A DNA stretch of 64,000 bases from an uncultured virus (IMG/VR IMGVR_UViG_3300010157_000035). Taxonomy: Duplodnaviria > Heunggongvirae > Uroviricota > Caudoviricetes. Shown here piece after piece: positions 17,127 through 26,404 of this stretch. Below the pieces are notes generated by a model. It was not told where the DNA came from and ran no database searches. It worked only from the letters and a program-made list of their open reading frames with translations. The stretch spans positions 1-64,000 of IMG/VR virus record IMGVR_UViG_3300010157_000035. One strand, 5' to 3'. Positions within the stretch are counted from its first letter, which is position 1, and each line of letters opens with the position of its first letter. The position numbers and the translations under genes were made by a program.

Positions 17127-17450
17127 TGGTAGTTTCTGTTACGAGGCATTTCCTGCCCTATCGCGGCGATTAAACTGCGAAAGATTCGGCTTTCACTGTG
17201 CGAGCAGAGAACTTGACGTTCTTACCAGAAACAGTTACTTCGCCTGTAGATGCTTTTGCATTTACTTGATTTGCTTGATTTACGGTCATCGCCTACCGTG
17301 CTGTCCACTCTGTTACTCTTTGCCCTGTCGAAAACCAAGTCATCCCCACCTAAATATACCCCATACACTTAGGTGGAGATGCCGGGAGTCGAACCCGGGT
17401 CCAGAACACTTTTCTCTTTGCTTCTTCCCTTACGGGCTTTACAGCAATAC
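17127..17450 (-). ncRNA. ssrA: circularly permuted (two-piece) tmRNA
   Basis: T-arm/acceptor 3' half CCGGGTTCGACTCCCGGCATCTCCACC (ends 17372) precedes 5' half GGGGATG (17347); G3:U70 Ala determinant; tag frame 17259-17170 AKASTGEVTVSGKNVKFSARTVKAESFAV*. Confidence 0.85.
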
Positions 17451-17456
17451 TTTTAT

Positions 17457-17780
17457 TTACCCATTTAATCTTGGCGCTAGGTCCTTATAACTTGCTACAC
17501 CCGACGCCACAGCACCAACTACAACTTGTTTGAATACATTTTCTCTGCCACGAGTTCTATAATAAGATGCCTTTTGTTTACTAGTTAAGAAAGCAACTCT
17601 CATTTCAAGTGCTCCAATGTCTGTGTTAGAATTTCCATATTTGGTTTCCGCTAAAAACGAAAGAGTTCTTTTATAAGTTTGTCCTTTCCAATTTTTCACG
17701 GGCCCTAATATCAGTTTCAAAGACTCAAACAGCTCTTTGTCTTCGCCATTGTTCCAAGTATATAGGTGTTTTCTTGCCAT
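17457..17780 (-). CDS. hypothetical protein
   Basis: ORF with AAGGA SD. Confidence 0.65.
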   Translation of the reverse strand: MARKHLYTWNNGEDKELFESLKLILGPVKNWKGQTYKRTLSFLAETKYGNSNTDIGALEMRVAFLTSKQKASYYRTRGRENVFKQVVVGAVASGVASYKDLAPRLNG

Positions 17781-17855
17781 AATAATTTCCTTTGGTTAAT
17801 ACCCTAGCAGTAAGGGCGGATTAAAAATATATCGAAATAATATCAATATGCTAAC

Positions 17856-17884
17856 AGTATAGCATAGTTGTCGAATCTTGTCAA
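17856..17884 (-). promoter_or_regulatory. sigma70-type promoter
   Basis: TTGACA-17 nt-TATACT. Confidence 0.8.
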
Positions 17885-17915
17885 CCATTTACTGTGGTTT
17901 CGACTAAATAATATT

Positions 17916-18392
17916 ATGCTACACAAACACCACATTGTCCCAAAATATTTAGGAGGCACAGATGATCCAAGTAATCTTGTTGATCTCACTGTAGACCAAC
18001 ATGCTGAAGCACATCGTTTGTTATACGAACAACACGGTAACTGGCAAGATTATGTTGCCTGGCAAGGATTAAGCAAACTTGATGCTAACTTTGATGCTGC
18101 CAAACAGTCAATGATCGAAGGTGGTAGAAAAGGTGCCGCAAGGTCTAACCTTCGTTGGAAGGATCCGATACAACGAGAATTAGCCAGTAAGAAGATGAAA
18201 GTAGTATGTGCCAATAGAGGCAAAACTTGGCAGGGCAAACTATACGAAATAACTCACCCAGATGGGACTGTGGAAACAGTTGAAGGATTACGCCAGTGGT
18301 GTGTAGACCGAGGCTATAATCCTAACAACTTTGGAAATGCTTGTTTGAGAGGTAGTGTAACCAATGGTGGATTTATGGTCCGCAGGGTCTAA
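17916..18392 (+). CDS. HNH homing endonuclease
   Basis: HHIVPK..GG.D...NL......H...H motif; opposite strand to its neighbours. Confidence 0.8.
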   Translation: MLHKHHIVPKYLGGTDDPSNLVDLTVDQHAEAHRLLYEQHGNWQDYVAWQGLSKLDANFDAAKQSMIEGGRKGAARSNLRWKDPIQRELASKKMKVVCANRGKTWQGKLYEITHPDGTVETVEGLRQWCVDRGYNPNNFGNACLRGSVTNGGFMVRRV

Positions 18393-18439
18393 CACCCCCG
18401 TCCAGAATGCCTTCACTCGGAAGGGATTACAACAATTCT

Positions 18440-18706
18440 TTACAGACTATTAACTACGGCCGATTCCGGCGGCGGAGTGAACGTATTGCAAAATGCTACA
18501 AATTCGTTCGCTGCATCCGACGACACCCATGCAAATGTGCTGACGCCATTGACTGTGGCTGGAAAAGACCCAAAATTTCCAGCCGCAAACATTGCACCTT
18601 TTTTGGACTGGACTAATGCTGATTCAGTATCAGTCAATGATCTGCCCCATGTAATTACGCTTTCTGCCGTAGCAGGAAAGAGAAAAGTAGTATCGACTTT
18701 TGACAT
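18440..18706 (-). CDS. hypothetical protein (paralog of 18739-19023)
   Basis: shared W..xDA.E......F.PPP motif. Confidence 0.65.
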   Translation of the reverse strand: MSKVDTTFLFPATAESVITWGRSLTDTESALVQSKKGAMFAAGNFGSFPATVNGVSTFAWVSSDAANEFVAFCNTFTPPPESAVVNSL

Positions 18707-18738
18707 ATAAAACTCCTTTGATTATTTTAACTTGTAAC

Positions 18739-19023
18739 TCATTTGTAACTCATGTCTTCTAAACTTACACTTGTTGGCGGCGGATTAAATCCATTCACAA
18801 TTGATATGTATTCTTCCGCATCAGACAAATGAGACCACATGGTCGTTGGGGTGTAGTGACTGGCATCAACTTGACGATCAGTGACCATACAGGTTGATCC
18901 ATCCCAAAGGGTATTTTTCAATTTGATTTTTATCAAAACTTCTTCTTCTTCAGTTAACTCTCGATCAAAAACCACTTTGGTTCGAGCAAACGCAAGAAAT
19001 GTTGCTGATGCTACACATGCCAT
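18739..19023 (-). CDS. hypothetical protein
   Basis: ORF with AAGGAG SD. Confidence 0.65.
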   Translation of the reverse strand: MACVASATFLAFARTKVVFDRELTEEEEVLIKIKLKNTLWDGSTCMVTDRQVDASHYTPTTMWSHLSDAEEYISIVNGFNPPPTSVSLEDMSYK

Positions 19024-19061
19024 AACAAAACTCCTTTTTTGTGTCTATTATTTATCATTTA

Positions 19062-19265
19062 TTAAGCAGGCATAATATTTGATGCCTGCTTGCCTTTTGG
19101 GCCCTGAACCAAGTCAAATTTTACCACTTGGTTTTCTTTTAATGTTTTGAATCCATTAATATTGATTGCTGAAAAATGTGCAAATACATCCTCACCCCCG
19201 TCATCTGGTGTAATGAATCCGAAACCTTTTGCGTCATTAAACCATTTTACTTTACCTACTACCAT
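19062..19265 (-). CDS. cspA: cold-shock protein
   Basis: [12 protein letters not shown] (RNP1) and VFAHF (RNP2). Confidence 0.95.
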   Translation of the reverse strand: MVVGKVKWFNDAKGFGFITPDDGGEDVFAHFSAININGFKTLKENQVVKFDLVQGPKGKQASNIMPA

Positions 19266-19302
19266 AATATACTGCTTCCTTTTAAATTAAACATGAGTGC
19301 TA

Positions 19303-19331
19303 ATTGTAACCTTTTACAACCTTGCTGTCAA
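19303..19331 (-). promoter_or_regulatory. sigma70-type promoter
   Basis: TTGACA-17 nt-TACAAT. Confidence 0.75.
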
Positions 19332-19371
19332 CCTCGAGATTGCCTCGTACGATCATGTTATTTAGCATGTT

Positions 19372-19446
19372 TGGTGGGCCAGCTTGGAATTGAACCAAGA
19401 CTCGACCGATTATGAGTCGGTTGCTTTACCATTAAGCTACTGGCCC
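19372..19446 (-). tRNA. tRNA(CAT), probably Ile2 (lysidine-type)
   Basis: loop CTCATAA, GGGCC acceptor and ACCGA/TCGGT stem resemble bacterial tRNA-Ile2. Confidence 0.8.
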
Positions 19447-19454
19447 TGTAATAC

Positions 19455-19483
19455 AGTATAACACTAGGGCTCGTAGTTGTCAA
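19455..19483 (-). promoter_or_regulatory. sigma70-type promoter
   Basis: TTGACA-17 nt-TATACT. Confidence 0.8.
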
Positions 19484-19835
19484 GAAATTGTTGTAAATTT
19501 CCGTATAGATTTACCATAACTGCTTCTCGGCCACCAAAAAATACGATCCGTTTAGGTATGCCTTTGACTGCATGAATATAATAAGGCATTTGCATTTTAC
19601 GATCTAATTTTAGTATAAGGTGTTTGTCAAACGTGTATGGATCATCAATGCTGTATGCGTGGTGTTCTAGATCAAGCATGTCGGCCAATGCCGAATAACC
19701 TACACTGGTCAATCTCATGCCACCATTACGGCGTAAATTAAACCACCAAGCACTCATGGCAAATTTTAAACCAATACGGTCTTCCTCAGGCAGCAGTGCA
19801 ATTAGTTCTTCTGTGAGTTTACGTTTGTCGCGCAC
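19464..19835 (-). CDS. hypothetical protein
   Basis: ORF in a co-directional run. Confidence 0.7.
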   Translation of the reverse strand: MRDKRKLTEELIALLPEEDRIGLKFAMSAWWFNLRRNGGMRLTSVGYSALADMLDLEHHAYSIDDPYTFDKHLILKLDRKMQMPYYIHAVKGIPKRIVFFGGREAVMVNLYGNLQQFLDNYEP

Positions 19836-19836
19836 A

Positions 19837-20124
19837 TCAAGGATAAATTTGATTGCCTGCGGTCAACAACACCACTGTGAACTTTTCGGTTTTAAATTGT
19901 GTGTTTAATTTTTTTGCCAGGTTCTTGGCATGGCCCGGATTTGAGAATGAAACCTTTTTGTATTTTGGACCTGGATATTGAACCAATAGGTTTGATGTTT
20001 TGAGATTAATCGGCTTGGCATCATAGAACACTGCCCATACGCCCTCCGAGGACAAAACCTGTTCACTCTTGTAAGTGAGCTTGTTAGTGTGCTCGATCAA
20101 TACATTGGGTTTTGGACGACTCAT
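19837..20124 (-). CDS. hypothetical protein
   Basis: AGGAG SD; basic 95-aa ORF. Confidence 0.75.
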   Translation of the reverse strand: MSRPKPNVLIEHTNKLTYKSEQVLSSEGVWAVFYDAKPINLKTSNLLVQYPGPKYKKVSFSNPGHAKNLAKKLNTQFKTEKFTVVLLTAGNQIYP

Positions 20125-20169
20125 ATCATTAAACTCCTATATTTTATTTATCTAGAAATATAGGTAGTT

Positions 20170-20385
20170 TTAGAATGTTCCACCATCCATTTTTACCGTG
20201 ATTGTTTCTGTGTCTTTTTGTAGGGTTGCTACTGCATGTTCACGTAAAGCCTGAAGTTCTAACAATAGTCTAGTGATATCGGCATGTAGATCTTGTGCAT
20301 CTTTCAAGCTCATGATAAAGTCTCGAGCGCCTCGAGCCTGTTGGCCTTGCACACGTTCAATAAACTTACTGAGATGAATTGTCAT
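20170..20385 (-). CDS. hypothetical protein
   Basis: start refined to MTIHLSK. Confidence 0.65.
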   Translation of the reverse strand: MTIHLSKFIERVQGQQARGARDFIMSLKDAQDLHADITRLLLELQALREHAVATLQKDTETITVKMDGGTF

Positions 20386-20824
20386 GAGCTTGTTGTTCTG
20401 AGTAGTAGGGACCTTGGTATGGATAGCGTTGCAACACAATCAACTTGGGTGCCAGCACTGTGCGCCAATTGCGACCTTTACGAACATTGTACCATCCGGC
20501 ACTAAACCAACTTTTGCTCTTGTTTGTCTTGGTATAAACCGGCAACTGTTGACTGACATCCCACATGGGGTTGCACACACGGCCCGACACTGGATATCCA
20601 TGCACATGATCCACGGTGGTCTTGGGACGGGTAATCTTTATTGCCGGTTCGAATTTGATATTGGCATTGCGAGCCGCCAATTTTATAGTTTTGTATTGAG
20701 CGATTTGATTGTTGATCTTTACTTGGAAACCGCCAGCACAGGCTTCAATGTTGCCGACCTTTTGATTGTTCTCTTGCAAGATCCAGAACTGCTTGTCTAC
20801 TACAGGTTTAGCTATTAATGTCAT
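20366..20824 (-). CDS. hypothetical protein
   Basis: AGGAG SD, overlaps neighbours. Confidence 0.7.
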   Translation of the reverse strand: MTLIAKPVVDKQFWILQENNQKVGNIEACAGGFQVKINNQIAQYKTIKLAARNANIKFEPAIKITRPKTTVDHVHGYPVSGRVCNPMWDVSQQLPVYTKTNKSKSWFSAGWYNVRKGRNWRTVLAPKLIVLQRYPYQGPYYSEQQAHDNSSQ

Positions 20825-21818
20825 TTAACACTCCTTTGTATGTTTCGTTCATCCAACGGCCGAAACTGTCGGCACTTTCACTGCACTTGTTTAATTCATA
20901 CTTGCCACAGAACTGCATGAAACGCACACCCACCTGGCCGATGTCTTTGTGACTGATCTGTTCACATATGGCTGCATCCACGGTGGCTTTGATCTCTTCG
21001 GGCTGTGCTGTCAAGTCGATCAGTTCTCGGTTGCGTTCGTAATCATCCAACACTCTGTGTTCTACACCATCTGGATCGATCCAGCGTTGCAGCATCATGT
21101 TGTTCCAATTATATCCGCGAGTTTTACGATCTTCAAATGCCTCTTGGAGACCAACTTTATTTTTTGTTCCTTTAGTTCGAACACCCGGATAAGCTGAAAA
21201 CACATTGTCTGAGCTGTCGCCTCGCATACACTTTTCAAACAGTAACCACTCCGGATTGGGTATTGTTTTCGCTTCTTTAGTTTTTTTATCAATGACCGCT
21301 TTACCTTTAGCATCAAAGATTCCTTCCGTGGTAATTAGTTCGTCGGTGATACCGTTGTATTGCGTGACATTGGGTGCTACTAATTGAACAAAATCTGTAT
21401 CGCTACTGATAACAATATGTTCGTCTTGGGGGTGTAGTGCAATCCAGCGAGCAATAATATCGTCGCCTTCTGCTGTAGGACATCTAATCACTGAGCAATT
21501 GGTCCTCTCAGCCAGGTATTTAGTCAAACTATCATAAGTTTCCCAAAACATCTTGTCTTCGTCTGCTTGGGCTTCGGTTAAGGCAGCACGGGCCACTGCA
21601 CGGTTATTTTTGTAGGGTTTGTAGTAGTCCTTACGCCAGCTGCGCCCTTCTAGGGCAAAAACCACGTGATCTGCTTCAAAGCGCCGGGCTACTTTGTTGG
21701 CACTCATCAGGGTCACATGGAGGGCAAATCCAATTTTCTCCCACGTGTCACTGGCACGAAAAGCACCGTGCCTGGCACGAAAGAACATATTAGCTGTATC
21801 AATAAGAACATATTTCAT
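20808..21818 (-). CDS. 5'-3' exonuclease / T4 RNase H-like flap nuclease
   Basis: LIDTAN, EGDDII, SSDTDF, GDSSDNV motifs. Confidence 0.9.
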   Translation of the reverse strand: MKYVLIDTANMFFRARHGAFRASDTWEKIGFALHVTLMSANKVARRFEADHVVFALEGRSWRKDYYKPYKNNRAVARAALTEAQADEDKMFWETYDSLTKYLAERTNCSVIRCPTAEGDDIIARWIALHPQDEHIVISSDTDFVQLVAPNVTQYNGITDELITTEGIFDAKGKAVIDKKTKEAKTIPNPEWLLFEKCMRGDSSDNVFSAYPGVRTKGTKNKVGLQEAFEDRKTRGYNWNNMMLQRWIDPDGVEHRVLDDYERNRELIDLTAQPEEIKATVDAAICEQISHKDIGQVGVRFMQFCGKYELNKCSESADSFGRWMNETYKGVLNDINS

Positions 21819-21824
21819 ACTGCT

Positions 21825-21853
21825 AGTATAGCAGATATTGACTAAGTTGTCAA
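21825..21853 (-). promoter_or_regulatory. sigma70-type promoter, leaderless start
   Basis: TTGACA-17 nt-TATACT, ATG 6 nt later. Confidence 0.8.
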
Positions 21854-22608
21854 ACAATTACGGTTTGTAAATATGGCATCAATACCGATCTGGTCCACCG
21901 TAACTGCCCGTATTCATTAGGATGAAAATTGTCGTCGGACAATAGATTGTATCTGACCGAAAAATGATAAGGATCCATGATATCAGTGATCATTGAATTG
22001 TATTTTTGCTGTGCTGATTCTGGCAAATATTTTCTAATTTCAAAAGAATTTGTACCGCCCACTGGATTTTTTGTGTCTATAAAGTTTAAAAATAAAAACC
22101 TATAATTCAATGATTTTAGATACTGGTAGGTTTTAACCATGTTAAGATAACTCTCTACAGCTCTAGATTCATTGTTTTTTGCCAAAGCAAACGTCTTTAA
22201 TTCTTCTTGAACACTGTGATTGTCAGCTGCCTTGTTGATAGCCGACATCACGCTTTGAGTATAATAAAATTGATATGAATGTTCGTTGATATAGTCCTTG
22301 GGCACTATATAATCATCTCTGTCGTGTCCAGACCACATTACTATTACCAGACTTGTGGCCGGATCTGGTTGATCTATTTCTAACCCCCAAATCAATGAAT
22401 TTGAAATATGACTGTTGCCAGCGCCCGGCAAAGAGCTGTCCAAAACTTGTTCAAATCCACCAAGGTCTCTTAGATAATACGGCCAAGTGTCTGCGACATT
22501 TTCAAGTTGATTGTAAGTGTAACTGCAACCACTTACAATCAATTTTTTAATTCCAAAATTATAAACTGTGCTGACTTGTTTTGGAATATTTCTTGTTTTG
22601 AATATCAT
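21850..22608 (-). CDS. SGNH/GDSL-like protein
   Basis: VSGCSYT, GAGN, WSGHDR, DNFHP. Confidence 0.6.
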   Translation of the reverse strand: MIFKTRNIPKQVSTVYNFGIKKLIVSGCSYTYNQLENVADTWPYYLRDLGGFEQVLDSSLPGAGNSHISNSLIWGLEIDQPDPATSLVIVMWSGHDRDDYIVPKDYINEHSYQFYYTQSVMSAINKAADNHSVQEELKTFALAKNNESRAVESYLNMVKTYQYLKSLNYRFLFLNFIDTKNPVGGTNSFEIRKYLPESAQQKYNSMITDIMDPYHFSVRYNLLSDDNFHPNEYGQLRWTRSVLMPYLQTVIV

Positions 22609-23309
22609 ACAAACTGATTGGACATTATGTATTTGAGCAGGTGTTTGAACCACCATGCATGTCCATCCCGTCCATAATGATATGAATCGGGCATGACTGT
22701 TTCGATTGCTGCAGCCTGTAATTGAGCATGATATGTGCTGGCTGGATCATAAGGTCCAATATAATTAACGCCCCAATCCTTTTGATCTTGGATGGATGAA
22801 AAATCACTATTACCGTTGAAGAAAATATGAGGAATATCTTGAGACACAAGTTCTTGATGAAACATCCAAATTTCATCGTGTGCGGTTTGTGTTTTTTGTC
22901 GCCAATCGAGCCCGACAACATAGTTGCGATACCGTTCAGCAGCTTCGGACGGAACTTGATCAATACCACTGCCGTTAACTTGATAATAAATGCCATCATA
23001 CAACCATTCTTCTCGTTCCCAGGTTGACCATTGAATAACAACTAACATATTTTGTAGGTTATTTTTTTGTTCTGCAAGCCAAGCACGGGTAGTTCTTAGT
23101 ATTCTAGCATTGCTACTGGCACTTTCTGCTTCGCATTGAAATCCAGCATTAAGCGCAAGACTTAATAGTTTACCCCAAGTGACTTGAAGATTTTCTGGAT
23201 GCGGTAGACGCCCTAGGTAATATAATTTGGGATCGTCTTCAGCAAATGCATGAGCATTTACCGCTTCGGCGCCAGCAGTATGACTGTCACCGTTGACATA
23301 CAAAATCAT
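22605..23309 (-). CDS. SGNH/GDSL-like protein
   Basis: VNGDSHT, SASSN, WSTWER, SYH. Confidence 0.65.
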   Translation of the reverse strand: MILYVNGDSHTAGAEAVNAHAFAEDDPKLYYLGRLPHPENLQVTWGKLLSLALNAGFQCEAESASSNARILRTTRAWLAEQKNNLQNMLVVIQWSTWEREEWLYDGIYYQVNGSGIDQVPSEAAERYRNYVVGLDWRQKTQTAHDEIWMFHQELVSQDIPHIFFNGNSDFSSIQDQKDWGVNYIGPYDPASTYHAQLQAAAIETVMPDSYHYGRDGHAWWFKHLLKYIMSNQFV

Positions 23310-23956
23310 AGAACGAATTTTCGAGCATGGAGACTTAATTCAGTGCCCCAGGCTGCTTGAGCAGCAGAACCATAGTGAAATGGGTCACCGGCATTGGCTA
23401 AGATATTGTTTGATTCGAACCATTTGGCCATGCACCCGTTGGCATCGTAAGGTTTATAAAAACTCCCGTGCCAATCTTGATGATTAGCGATGGTGTCGAA
23501 GTTGTTATAGGTAGTCCAAAACAGGTGTGGTACGCCACGCTCACGCAATTTTAAATGCATGGCATGAATTCTGTCATGCCACAACTGTGTCATTTTACGA
23601 TAGTAGTCGCCGGTTAATGTTGTTTTCCATTGGTTGAATCGAGCCTTCATTGGTTCTGGCATACCAAAGTCTGGGCCACCACAAACGCTAATATTGTTAT
23701 ACAACCAAGGCCATTCTTCTCGTTCAAAACTGGTCCAGCCGATGAACAACATTGTGTTGGGTTCCCATCTTTCGTCAGCCAAGAAATAATCTATATGGTT
23801 TTCAATCCAATAGTTGCTGGCACCATTTTTAGCCCAGCAACTGAATGATTCAGCAAACTGCCGACTAAACACCACAATCATATTATCAAGGTCCACTGGT
23901 TGCTCTGACTCGGTGCAGGCCGGATATAAATTACTGTCGCCAATAGCTAGGATCAT
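23306..23956 (-). CDS. SGNH/GDSL-like protein
   Basis: IGDSN, NGASN, WTSFER, DPFH. Confidence 0.6.
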   Translation of the reverse strand: MILAIGDSNLYPACTESEQPVDLDNMIVVFSRQFAESFSCWAKNGASNYWIENHIDYFLADERWEPNTMLFIGWTSFEREEWPWLYNNISVCGGPDFGMPEPMKARFNQWKTTLTGDYYRKMTQLWHDRIHAMHLKLRERGVPHLFWTTYNNFDTIANHQDWHGSFYKPYDANGCMAKWFESNNILANAGDPFHYGSAAQAAWGTELSLHARKFVL

Positions 23957-24345
23957 GACACTTCTGACCTTCCGTCACCAATGTTACGTGATTTAACTAC
24001 GCGATCACGTTCCGGGTCCATGGCTTTGTATTGCTCATATGTCTCCAACACAATATTGCGACATACCGCAGTGAACCAACGGTCCACAATGTCCGAATCG
24101 GTATCTTTGGGATTCATTCGATAACCGGCACGAACAAGATTGGCCACAAACTTGTCATTCCAATCAAGTTCAAAAGCACCATTTTGCATATTCTCAGGAT
24201 CAACTTCCATGCTGAGGATAGTTACATAAGGCTCGCCTTTTTCTGTGGCCAACTCTTTAGCAGTTTTTTCTGCCTTCTTGGGCTTAGCCTCAGGTTTGGG
24301 CGCAACCGCATCTGGCTTCTTTTTAAAGCGATCAAATAGTCCCAT
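23953..24345 (-). CDS. hypothetical protein
   Basis: AAGGA SD; 130 aa. Confidence 0.75.
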   Translation of the reverse strand: MGLFDRFKKKPDAVAPKPEAKPKKAEKTAKELATEKGEPYVTILSMEVDPENMQNGAFELDWNDKFVANLVRAGYRMNPKDTDSDIVDRWFTAVCRNIVLETYEQYKAMDPERDRVVKSRNIGDGRSEVS

Positions 24346-24353
24346 TGGGTTCC

Positions 24354-25595
24354 TTATTGAGTTCTGGTATTGCCGTAGTGTAACACAGCAATGCCAGGCA
24401 TGTCAAATGGCAATTTGCGCCACGGATCGACTATGACACTGCCCGGTTGAATTTCACAATAGGGTTGTGTATCAGGGGTATTACCGGTATATTCGTATGT
24501 GATCTTACGATTGTGTGCCCATAAAAATACTGCTGGACCGTCAATGGTATCCAAGCAATGGGTGCGATCGTCGGCTAATGGATCAACGTAAACTACCGGT
24601 AATCCGGCTTCACGAATATAGAAACCTACCAGTGTTGAGTAACTGCCGATACAGTATTCAACATCGGGCTTGTAGGCCTTGCCATGAATTACAATTGGCA
24701 AACTGAGTCGTTGCGCTTGATCAACCAGGAACAAGGCCAAGTTTTTTGCCTGTATCTCTCTGGCATGCATCACTGTATCAAACAAGTCATACCCAATGTT
24801 GTATTCTTCCGCTAACCAACGTAAGGCAATGTTATCACGTGGATGGCAAGCACCAGCATCGCCCATACCTGCTGTCATGTATTTAGGACCCATTATTCGC
24901 ATAGTTGATCGTGCTAGAGCATTTGTAACCACGTCAACATTGATGTGACCAATCTTCATAGCAAAGTCTTGAATCATATTTACAAGCCCAACCTTGGCCG
25001 AGATAAATGTATTGTAGAAAATTTTAATAGCTTCGCATTCATCCCATGTGCCAATTTCATAACGTGGATTATTTTGCATGATTGTTTCATACAAGTCTCG
25101 CAGTTCACCAGCAACTCCGGTCAGATTGCCATCTTCGGTACCTAACATAATCATTTCAGGATTGACCATGTCCCACTTGACTGACCCCATGGCAATCAAA
25201 TAAGGATTGTAAACAAACTGATGTTTTTTATCTAATAACGGAACAAATTTGTTGCGAGTGGTTCCGGGTAATACTGTAGAAATTAACACTACTTTTTTAG
25301 GGCTAGTAGCGTATTGGTTTACCTTGGTAATAGCATCAATAACTGCATCGTGCCCAAAGTCTTTAGGAGTCATATGACTTGACGGAACTGACCCGTCATA
25401 GCCCTCAGCATGTGGAGTAGGAACAGCGATAAAGATCCATTCGCTTTCGTTGACTACTTCACTGATGTCACATACTTTTACTGTATTGCTAACACGTGGA
25501 TGAATGTCGTAACCACGAACTTCGTGTTTTTCAGCAAATACTTCAGCACAGTCTAATCCTAATTTCCCAATTCCTACAAATCCAATTTTTTTCAT
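24354..25595 (-). CDS. ugd: UDP-glucose/GDP-mannose 6-dehydrogenase family
   Basis: GIGKLG Rossmann motif, AVPTP, STVLPGT, GACHPRD, AYKPD. Confidence 0.85.
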   Translation of the reverse strand: MKKIGFVGIGKLGLDCAEVFAEKHEVRGYDIHPRVSNTVKVCDISEVVNESEWIFIAVPTPHAEGYDGSVPSSHMTPKDFGHDAVIDAITKVNQYATSPKKVVLISTVLPGTTRNKFVPLLDKKHQFVYNPYLIAMGSVKWDMVNPEMIMLGTEDGNLTGVAGELRDLYETIMQNNPRYEIGTWDECEAIKIFYNTFISAKVGLVNMIQDFAMKIGHINVDVVTNALARSTMRIMGPKYMTAGMGDAGACHPRDNIALRWLAEEYNIGYDLFDTVMHAREIQAKNLALFLVDQAQRLSLPIVIHGKAYKPDVEYCIGSYSTLVGFYIREAGLPVVYVDPLADDRTHCLDTIDGPAVFLWAHNRKITYEYTGNTPDTQPYCEIQPGSVIVDPWRKLPFDMPGIAVLHYGNTRTQ

Positions 25596-25648
25596 GTAAG
25601 TCCTTAAAGATAAATGATATAATAATTTATCCGTGTTTTGAACAGTGA

Positions 25649-26404
25649 TTAAGATTTCTTGAACACAGGAATAGGATTCATTTTGTGTAAACTACGAGCT
25701 TGTATAGCACGGAATTTTTCTAGATTAGCCACAAGTTCTGGCTCTGTGGATTGAATTTCTCCAAGATCCATACGCATAGCAACCTCAAGATCAGCATAGC
25801 TCATGCCCAGTTGATCTTCGTCAGTGCGTCCATCATCCCATAAGCCATCTGTGGGCGCCGCGTTGATAATATCATCTAGCACTCCTAGCTCACGTCCCAT
25901 TTGCCATACTTCTGTTTTGTAACAGTCAGCAATAGGACTAATATCCACGCCACCGTCACCATACTTGGTATAAAATCCTACACCAAAATCTTCAACTTTG
26001 TTGCCGGTGCCTACCACAAGTCCACTTACGCTTTGAGCAATTTGATACAAGGTAACCATACGTAGTCGACTGCGGCTGTTGGCCAATCCTAACAAGTTTG
26101 GATAAGTGGCTAACCGACTTTCAAACTCATCAAAGGTACTAGTTAAATCAATAATGTCGTGGCGCACATTATCAAAGTTCTGTGTCAACCAAACACCTTG
26201 TTGCAGACTGAGATCGTGTAAGTCGGGACGTTGACGTATAGGCATAGTTACTGCCACTGTGTGTAATCCAGTTCTAGCGCAGAGTGCGCTGACTACAGCA
26301 CTATCAATACCACCACTGATACCTACAACTAAGGATTTCATGCCGGCCTGTTCAGCATAGTCTCGAATCCAATCAGTAATACGATCTTGTAATGTTATAG
26401 GCAT
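25649..26404 (-). CDS. nadE: NH3-dependent NAD+ synthetase
   Basis: GISGGIDS, GFYTKYGDG, PTDGL, DEDQLG. Confidence 0.9.
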   Translation of the reverse strand: MPITLQDRITDWIRDYAEQAGMKSLVVGISGGIDSAVVSALCARTGLHTVAVTMPIRQRPDLHDLSLQQGVWLTQNFDNVRHDIIDLTSTFDEFESRLATYPNLLGLANSRSRLRMVTLYQIAQSVSGLVVGTGNKVEDFGVGFYTKYGDGGVDISPIADCYKTEVWQMGRELGVLDDIINAAPTDGLWDDGRTDEDQLGMSYADLEVAMRMDLGEIQSTEPELVANLEKFRAIQARSLHKMNPIPVFKKS

